Below, in pieces: positions 1 through 8,000 of a stretch of 53,063 nt of DNA. The position numbers and the translations under genes were made by a program. Below the pieces are notes generated by a model. It was not told the origin of the DNA and made no database searches. It saw nothing but the letters and a program-made list of their open reading frames with translations. The stretch is from an uncultured Clostridia bacterium (GTDB lineage: Bacteria > Bacillota > Clostridia > Christensenellales > UBA3700): assembly GCA_947177795.1 (NCBI GenBank), contig CAMWVR010000004.1:1-53063 (forward strand), in the 5' to 3' direction. Position 1 is the first letter of the stretch. Each line of letters opens with the position of its first letter.

Positions 1-26
1 GATTAACAAGTTTGAGGAGTGCACAC

Positions 27-983
27 TTGAGAAAAGCATTAATAGTAGGAATAGATAATTATGTTGAAGTGGGTGATCTTTATGGCTGTGTAAATGATGC
101 ATGTGCGATTGCAAATATTTTATCACGTAATGCCGATGGATCGTTGAATTTTGATATTAAGAAAATGTTATCAACTTCGGAAAATAATATTGTTACGAAA
201 AGTGACTTGGAAGATGCAATAATGGAACTATTTTCGGGAGAAGATGAGTTAGCGTTATTTTATTTTTCCGGACATGGATACACAGAAGATAACAATGGAT
301 ACATAATAACTTCAGACGTCAAATTAAGAGGTCGTAATGGAATAAAAATGGATGATATTATGCAGTGGTGTAATAAGTCTAAGGTTAAAAATAAAATTTT
401 AATATTTGATTGTTGTCATGCTGGGGCGGCTGGAGATGATAAATATTTTAATAGCAATTCAATTATTGGAGAAGGGGTTACTATTTTAAGCGCTTGTACA
501 AAAGGTCAATATGCGCTTGAGGAAAGGGGGCATGGTGTTTTTACTAACTTATTGGTTGATGCTTTAAATGGTAGTGGTGCAAATATTCTGGGACAAATAA
601 CCCCTGGTAGCGTTTATGCTCATATAGACCAATCGTTGGGGGCGTGGTCACAGCGTCCAGTTTTCAAAACTAATGTCGAGCAATTTGTAAGTTTAAGACA
701 AGCATTGCCGTCAATAGCAATGGACGATCTTAGACAGATAACTTCATTGTTTACAAATCCAAATGAAGAGTTTAAATTAAATCCTACATTTGAGCCAGAT
801 AGTATGTGTCCAGATAATGAGAACACTAGAAAGTTTGCAATATTGCAGAAAATGGTAAGGGTTAACTTGGTTGTTCCTGTAGGGGAGCAACATATGTATT
901 ACGCAGCGATGAATTCTAAAGCTTGTAAATTAACGGCGCTTGGAGCGCATTATTGGCAATTAGTAAAAAACGAAAGAATTTAG
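27..983 (+). CDS. Caspase-like cysteine peptidase (C14/metacaspase-type catalytic domain) with an uncharacterised ~100-aa C-terminal domain
   Basis: ORF track 12..983. Dyad-like motifs FYFSGHGY (His) and FDCCHAG (Cys). GAGGAG at 14-19 lies 7 nt before TTG at 27 (M-RKALIVGIDNY), so 27 is preferred over the track start at 12. Confidence 0.8.
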   Translation: MRKALIVGIDNYVEVGDLYGCVNDACAIANILSRNADGSLNFDIKKMLSTSENNIVTKSDLEDAIMELFSGEDELALFYFSGHGYTEDNNGYIITSDVKLRGRNGIKMDDIMQWCNKSKVKNKILIFDCCHAGAAGDDKYFNSNSIIGEGVTILSACTKGQYALEERGHGVFTNLLVDALNGSGANILGQITPGSVYAHIDQSLGAWSQRPVFKTNVEQFVSLRQALPSIAMDDLRQITSLFTNPNEEFKLNPTFEPDSMCPDNENTRKFAILQKMVRVNLVVPVGEQHMYYAAMNSKACKLTALGAHYWQLVKNERI

Positions 984-993
984 GAGTACAAAT

Positions 994-1380
994 ATGAGAA
1001 AGAAAGCTTTTATAAGTTTTGACTATGATCATGACGAGGAATTAAAAGTTGCTTTAGTAGGCCAAGCCAAAAATCCAGATTCCCCGTTTTCAATTAATGA
1101 TATGTCCATAAAGGAAGCTATTACATCAAATTGGAAATATTATGCAAGGCAGAGAATTAGAAAGTGTGATGTAGTAATTGTTATTTGTGGTCGTTATACT
1201 AATACAGCAACAGGGGTGTCGGCAGAATTAACAATTGCACAGGAAGAAGGAGTCCCATATTTTCTTTTATGTGGGCGAGCAGACGGTAATGTAGTAAAAC
1301 CAAGGGGAGCTCTTTCAACGGATAAAATATATACTTGGTCTTGGGAAAATTTAAAGTTATTAATAAACGGTAAAAGATAG
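994..1380 (+). CDS. TIR-like domain protein (MTH538/DUF1863-type TIR-like fold)
   Basis: 128 aa. The N-terminal KKAFISFDYDHD segment, then VVIVICGRYT and ELTIAQEEGVPYF, are typical of the TIR-like flavodoxin fold. AGGAG RBS upstream. 10-nt gap to the caspase-like gene. Confidence 0.7.
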   Translation: MRKKAFISFDYDHDEELKVALVGQAKNPDSPFSINDMSIKEAITSNWKYYARQRIRKCDVVIVICGRYTNTATGVSAELTIAQEEGVPYFLLCGRADGNVVKPRGALSTDKIYTWSWENLKLLINGKR

Positions 1381-1437
1381 ATAATTATGTACTACGCGCC
1401 TATCTATGCGTAGATTTTGCCATATTCACACACCAGG

Positions 1438-1468
1438 GCAGTCTCGAGGTATCGAGACTGCTATTTTT
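1438..1468 (+). terminator. Rho-independent terminator of the caspase/TIR-like operon
   Basis: gcagtctcga-ggta-tcgagactgc gives a 10-bp perfect stem, followed by tattttt. Confidence 0.8.
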
Positions 1469-1556
1469 GTGGGATAACTGCGACAGCGTTGCATTTTTGT
1501 GAAATTTTTTGGTTATTTTTATATGGCATTTTATAATTTTAGTAAATAAAATGTTA

Positions 1557-1583
1557 ATTCCAAAAAAAGTATACTTTTACTGA
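1557..1583. repeat. Left arm of a 27-bp perfect inverted repeat
   Basis: attccaaaaaaagtatacttttactga. Its exact reverse complement occurs at 1666-1692. Confidence 0.95.
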
Positions 1584-1626
1584 CTGACGCGATTAATGAC
1601 GCGAAAAAGCGATTTTTGATGGATTT

Positions 1627-1655
1627 ATTATATTTTGAAGAGGTTTTTTTGTCAA
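1627..1655 (-). promoter_or_regulatory. Perfect consensus sigma-70-type promoter inside the IR-flanked segment, currently firing leftward
   Basis: The minus strand reads TTGACA (1655-1650), a 17-nt spacer aaaaaacctcttcaaaa, then TATAAT (1632-1627). An A/T-rich tract lies upstream of the -35 box. Confidence 0.7.
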
Positions 1656-1665
1656 TATTTTTTAA

Positions 1666-1692
1666 TCAGTAAAAGTATACTTTTTTTGGAAT
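1666..1692. repeat. Right arm of a 27-bp perfect inverted repeat
   Basis: tcagtaaaagtatactttttttggaat is the exact reverse complement of 1557-1583. The arms are separated by 82 bp. Confidence 0.95.
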
Positions 1693-1875
1693 GGGGAAAG
1701 TGAAATTGACTGAGCGCTGTCGCTTTACTTTTATAATTTTTGAGATCTAAGTTATAAAAGTTGATGAATCGAAACTGTAATGGACGATAAAATAGTAAAG
1801 AATGTCAATTTTTTGTAAAACTTTACAAAACGATGCGGAAAAATATGGAATTTGTAAAAAAATATCAAAAAACGG

Positions 1876-1904
1876 TTGACAACTTTTATCCCAAGTAGTA
1901 ATAT
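1876..1904 (+). promoter_or_regulatory. Promoter for the giant surface-protein operon
   Basis: TTGACA (1876-1881), 17-nt spacer, TAATAT (1899-1904). It lies about 155 nt upstream of the ATG at 2064. Confidence 0.6.
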
Positions 1905-2063
1905 GCGAGGCGATTATTTTGTCATTTTGGACTTAGCATTGTAGCGGAACGGATTGACGGATAGTAAATAAATAAAGGGAAATAGAGTAAGAAAAAAGAA
2001 TAAGGGGAAAACAAGGAAAAGTTAGAACAAACATAATTTGGTTTTTGTGAAGGAGATAAATTC

Positions 2064-5000
2064 ATGAATACGGCGAAGAGTAAATCGGGAAAAATTATTT
2101 GGGTAGTTTTAGCAGCGGTCCTTATTGCGTTCTTGTCAGTGAGCGCATGGTTATCTTTACCTGCTTTTAAGAAAAGTTTTAAAGGCGAAAGCGATACGCC
2201 TATTTCAAATACGGCATTAACGAAATTCAATAAGTTTCAAACTTACGTTATGGCATCTTCGTCGGAAAAAGCCGGCGCATACGCCAATAAACTTGGTATT
2301 CCATCAAAAGATTATATATATATCAGTACTAGCGCAATGAAAATCGAAGGCGGCGTTTGGAACGGTATGAGTTCTACCGACGCCATAGGTAAATACGTTC
2401 ACTTGCTTTTGCCGAACGAAGTCACGTCAATCGATGCAAGTTCGACGAGTACCGCAAACGGTATCGCTTCGGTTATATGGCTTTCTATTACGGCAGATGA
2501 AGGCAGTAATCTATCTTCCATCTCAGGCGCTACCATGGTGGATTCTACCGTGGAAACTGCGTTTAGGAACGGTTGGTTGGAAAGAATAGATTTGAGCAAA
2601 GCAACAAAGTTGAAATCAATTCCCGCATACACGTTTACCGCTTGCGATAGATTGTATGACGTGGCGCTTCCCGATAGCATTACGTCGATAGGAGATAGGG
2701 CCATAGTCGGAAATGCGTTGTGTCATATATCCTTACCCTCGGGACTCGGAGCCGACGGGGGCGGTCTTCATGCCAATGCATTTAACGGTTGCGGAAAACT
2801 AGTTGAAATCGAATTGCCGTCTAACGCCAATAGCACTTTCGTCAATAAAGTTAAAGGTATGGCCTCGATAAGCGAAGCATATCTAAACGTATACGTCAAA
2901 GGAGAGGGACGCTCTTGGTTGGTTCGCACCGCAGACGGTTTTGTATTTTGCAAAAATCTCTTAAGAACAACTTTGCTTGCCAGCGGACTGACGTCTAATG
3001 AAAGTTATACAATCGGCAGATGGTATATGGTAGGATATCACGGAGCAGAGAGCGGCGGAGATACCGTCAATGCGTCGGATAATTATAACGTAATATTACC
3101 TAAGCAAGTAGACCTTGCAAAAAATTCGGATAATCGCTTGGGACAATTTGATTATATCGATTGCTCGGGCAGCGAATTGCAAAACGATTTCAGCGAATTT
3201 ACTACGCAAACGCAACTTGGCAGTAACGTTGCCGTAAATGGGGCAACGGCAAACGGCGACGCAGATGGAATGCGCATAATAGCGGGCGTCCAAAGCGGAG
3301 TAAAGTTGAGATACGATATAGGCAGGCAGGCGTTCTATTATCGTTGGGTATGGCACACTACGATTCCCGACGACGCCGTTAATACAATTGGAGACAGAGC
3401 TTTTCATAATGCGCCGATATGGACGTTTAATTTGGGAGACGTCGCAAAAGTCGGAAGTAAAGGACTGGCTTTTTTGGGAAGAACAACGGGTCTCGTTTTC
3501 TATCTTCCATCTAACAATCCGATAGTGGCTAGCGACGGGTTTTCTTATTCGTTATCTAACGTAACGCGATTGTTTATTTATCGCAATTATGCAGATTACG
3601 ATAATTATTATGTTAATACTGCAACTTACGCTAACAGCGGACTACAAAAGGCTGCGAAAGATTTTTCTGTAGGATCAGGAAAATACTACTCTTATTTAAT
3701 AAATATATTGCCTAACGTGGCTGAATGGGATACGACGGAAAACGAATATCAGTATAAAGCCCACGAAGAAGCTAAGATGCAACGACTATATACGGGAAAT
3801 TTGGCAAAATACGACGGTAATCTTTATAATAACACTTTTAAATACGTGCGTAAAGATTACGACGTATGGGTATATGAAGATCAGTCTTTCCCGTCTATGA
3901 CGGAACAAACGGGATACGCTAAGACCAGCTGGTTTACGGATACGAGTTTTAATAATACCTACACCGAGACTTTGATGAGCGTCGCAGACGCAGGCAGTAA
4001 CGTTACGTCGCTTCGCAATGCCGCAAGCAAGGGCGTTGACGTAATAAATATGTACGCCAAAAAGATAGTGTCCGTCACTCTTGAGAATAAGACGAGAGAG
4101 TATAAAGACAGGTCGTTGCAAGCTCACGAGACGGAAATCACGGGAATACCTTTGGAAATACAGGGCGACTATACGGTGGAAGTAACGCATTACGTAGACA
4201 GCAACGGTATCGAGAAAGATTATAGTTCTATCGGCTCGCTTATTCAAGAAGCGGGTATATATACTATTCAGGTTCAACCCAACGTGAAGTACGGAGAATG
4301 GGACGCAAAAGACGTGCCGACGATGACCGTCACTGTAAATAAGACGGAAATAGATTTGGGAGACTCGAGTATCTTCCGTCTTGGCGTTACGGACGGCATG
4401 ACTCTCAACAATCTCCGTCCCGGAAAGGAAGTCCCCGGTGAGCAGGGTACTTCGCTCTATAAATATAAAAGTTCTTGGTATACCGATAAACAAACCGACG
4501 ATACGCTGGGAGAGTTGATAGAGCAAAGAGACGGGCTTTGGAACAGTTTTGTCCGCGCAGAAGGCGAGGAGATGAAGTTTAGACTCACTCTTATTACCGA
4601 AGTTATCAAGGACGCGCACGACGACAAAACGGGAATTTTTCGGTGTAGTTTCCCCGGTACGGCCAGAAGCGAGTCGGGCGAGTATACCGATCAATTTACA
4701 GTCGAGTTGACGGAAAAAGCAAAAAACAACTATAAATTCGTCGTGACGAACGACTCGTCCCGTCAATTTTACGGATATCCGAACGCCGATCAATCCTTGG
4801 CGACGATCAACAAAACTTGGTATATCGTAAAGCTCAACAACTGGCTTACGACACAGGGAAATAAAGGTAACGACGCGCCGTCTTATCATATGGCGTCGGC
4901 TTGGGAATTCGGTTCTCACGACGTGCCCGAAGCTCCTGCGGTCGCGCTGGGAGACGACGTGAATATCACGTTTAGTTTGGAGCTGACGTCGCAATATATC

Positions 5001-8000
5001 ATCGGCGGCAGCGGTACTTTGATACTGTCGACTGATGAGAAAGGAGACCCTATATCTATTGATAAATACGGCGAGTATATCAATAGCGCATTGCCCGTGG
5101 GCAATTATAGGATCATATATTCGGTTGACTTTAAGAATAACGACAGTACTAAATTCGATACGTTCCAACAAAGCTTTGCCTTTACCGTATACGAAAAAGA
5201 ATTCGTGACGGAAGAAAGCGAGGCTATTAATCAATTGAAGGGCATGACCTTTGAATACGACATGACAATCGCATCGGACTCCTATAAGGAAAACAAAGCC
5301 CTATTTGATTTGAGCAAGCTGAGCTCTACGAGCAAACTGCAAGACATGTTGGGACTCAACGACGCAACGGTGGGTAACACCAAGCGCGTGGGAATATGGG
5401 AAAAGTCTGATTACGACGTTTTCTTCGACAAGCATTTTGAAATTTCTTACAACCTTAACCGTATGTGGAATAATACGTATCTCAATTTGGACGCGCTCCA
5501 AAAAGATTACGCAATGAATACGCCCGACCTATATACCGTGTATTATCAGTTGACGTGCAAAAACCGTAAGTCGCTCGTCAATGAAAACGACGACGCCCGC
5601 AGACAATGCTGTTTTTACGTAGTGGTATATAGAACGCTGAGTACGCCGACGCTGGATGATATAGTGTACACGGGCTTGGATATATATCCGACGATAAAGT
5701 ATCTCAACGGCGAGTTGGCTTTTGAGCAATCGTACTATACGGTATCTTACCCGACGGGTCAAGACAACGTGAATAACGGCGAAAAGAAGGCTATTCTTAA
5801 AATATCCGATAGAGACTATCAACTATACCGTTGGGCGGAAGGAGCGACGGCGGAATACGACGAAAAAATCGTTGAGATATCTTATAAGATTATTGCCGCA
5901 AACAATAGAACTATCGCTCCGCTTTATATGGCGGATTGGTCTTGGAACAGCGAGATCAATTTGGACAATATCGTATGGGAAACGCAATTCGGCAACGTCA
6001 AAGAAAATTTTAAGTTTACTCTCGTGCCCGTACGCAACGGCGAAGACGACGACAGAGAGAACGTCACTGATATCTCAAAGTTTGGAGTTGCGTCGGCAGG
6101 AGTATATACCTTGCACGCATACTGTCCCGCAGATGAGAACGGCAATTGGAATGAATACGAGCAGACTATTACGATAACCGTATCCAAGGCGGTCAACACT
6201 TGGTTTAAGTCGCCGAGTATTACCTCTTGGAGTTGGAATCAATATGAAAATTACGATTGGAGTCTCGGAAGTCCTATAGAGATCCACGCAATACCCAATT
6301 ACTATACTACGTCGACGGAGCGTGAGACAGGATCGGGAAGATTCGACTTCAGAATCTATTCTATCAATGCGGGCGCTACGGGCGACGATAGGTATAACGT
6401 TGTGTATTTCGGCGACGATTTCCACTTCCAATTCGAAAAAGACGCCGACGGGAATTTCTTGACTAACGGAGTCGACCCCAAAGACGGCGGACACTTCAAA
6501 CTACCTATAGACGTTGCGAAAAAACTTGCGACTCTTCCCGCAGGACAGTATTATTTGGTAGCTACCGTCTACGGTCATAATAATTTTACGGGTCTAAACA
6601 ATACGGAGGAATCTTTTGCAAAAGGCGCAGTGCCCTTTACGATTGCTTCTGCAAACAACGTTTGGTCGGATACTATCACTGCGTCCGACTGGGCGTATTC
6701 GGAATTTGAACTAGGCCGTCACATACACACCGGCGAAACAAAGTATGAAACTCAACTTAAATACGTACTGTATACCGACAATACGACGGACGTCGTGACG
6801 GTGGAGGGCGTAAAGCTCGAAAATATCATTGATTTTAACGCTGTCGCGCCGGGATCGAAGTATACATACGCTCAACTCGTCAATATGCTCGGCGTGGGCG
6901 CTTATATGCTCAGAGTACACGGCGACGCCGCACAGCGCAACGAAAGAGGCGGTGTCAATTATCTTGCAATCGACGATCAACGTAAGATTTTGGTCACAAA
7001 AGCCGCAAATACTCTCAGCGATACCTTTACCGTCGACGCTTATACGATAGGATCGAGTACGGAAGGTTTGATTCCCAAATATACAGCCCGCTTTGACAGC
7101 ACACTTGACAGTCCAAACGTAGGCTACCGCATCTCTCAAGGCGGCAAGTACGTCGACGGATTGAGCGATACTTTAACGTCCGACGATATAATAGATTTTA
7201 GCAACTCGTTGACGTATGAAAACTTGTTGAAAAAAATAGCTCAACTCTCAAGTGACGAGAGAGGAAACCAATATACAGTATGGTGGACGACCGTCGGCAG
7301 CGATAACTATTCCGCTCAATACGGTTCAAGAGCCTTTTGGGTATATCTGGGTCAAAACGCTTGGGCAGACGAAGCGCCTAGTATGAACGATTGGACTTAC
7401 GACAAGACGGCGCACGACTTCGATAAGAGCAGCGTAAATCTCGTGCACGAAGTGGACGAGAGCAAGATCAGCGTCGATTATTACGTCGCTACGCTCAACG
7501 AGGACAACGGTCAATACGTCATAGGCTCGTCCTTGACGGGTTGTCCGATTGACACGGGAGTTTATTTCGTCAAAATCACGGTGGGTTCGGACGAATATTA
7601 CAGAGGCTTGTCCGTGGATTTGTTCTTCCGTATAAATATGGCGGACAACGGCTTTAAGACTATGCCGTCGATAAAAGACAACGGCTGGGATTATTCGCAG
7701 TTGCAACTCGAAGATATCAATATAGGTTCGCCTATCAACGAAGAAGAGAATATGGATATCAGATACGTCGTTACCCGTCCGATCAGCGGCAGCGCCGAAG
7801 AAGAACTTATAGCTACGCTGTCTTGGGTGTTGGGACGGGAAATCAACAACAATTTGATTGCTTTGGATTCGTTCTATTCCAAACTCAACGCTTTGGACGT
7901 GGGAGAATATAAATTGAAAATCACGCTTTCGTCTTCGGCTAACTTTAAAGAAACGGCGCTTGATACAATCACGTTGAAAGTAAGTCGGGCTGTGAACGGA

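Noticed and set aside
1557-1692. The 27-bp inverted-repeat element could instead be a MITE or IS remnant.
   Set aside because: I saw no target-site duplication flanking the arms (left flank ...atgtta, right flank ggggaa...). It encodes no transposase and I saw no other copy in the window. This is not fully excluded, because a genome-wide copy count is needed.
3786-5234. A 482-aa minus-strand ORF, plus many other 60-300-aa ORFs in other frames, lie inside the giant gene (2064-10952). Similar shadow ORFs occur inside alaS (15585..17000), spoIIE (19819..20958), serS (25510..26184), leuS (27910..29097), metH (32318..33436), the AKR gene (44464..45141) and the 10933 gene (11233..11997).
   Set aside because: They lie opposite or out of frame to long ORFs with clear family motifs. 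They have Arg/Ser/Val-rich low-complexity composition typical of shadow frames, and they have no RBS.
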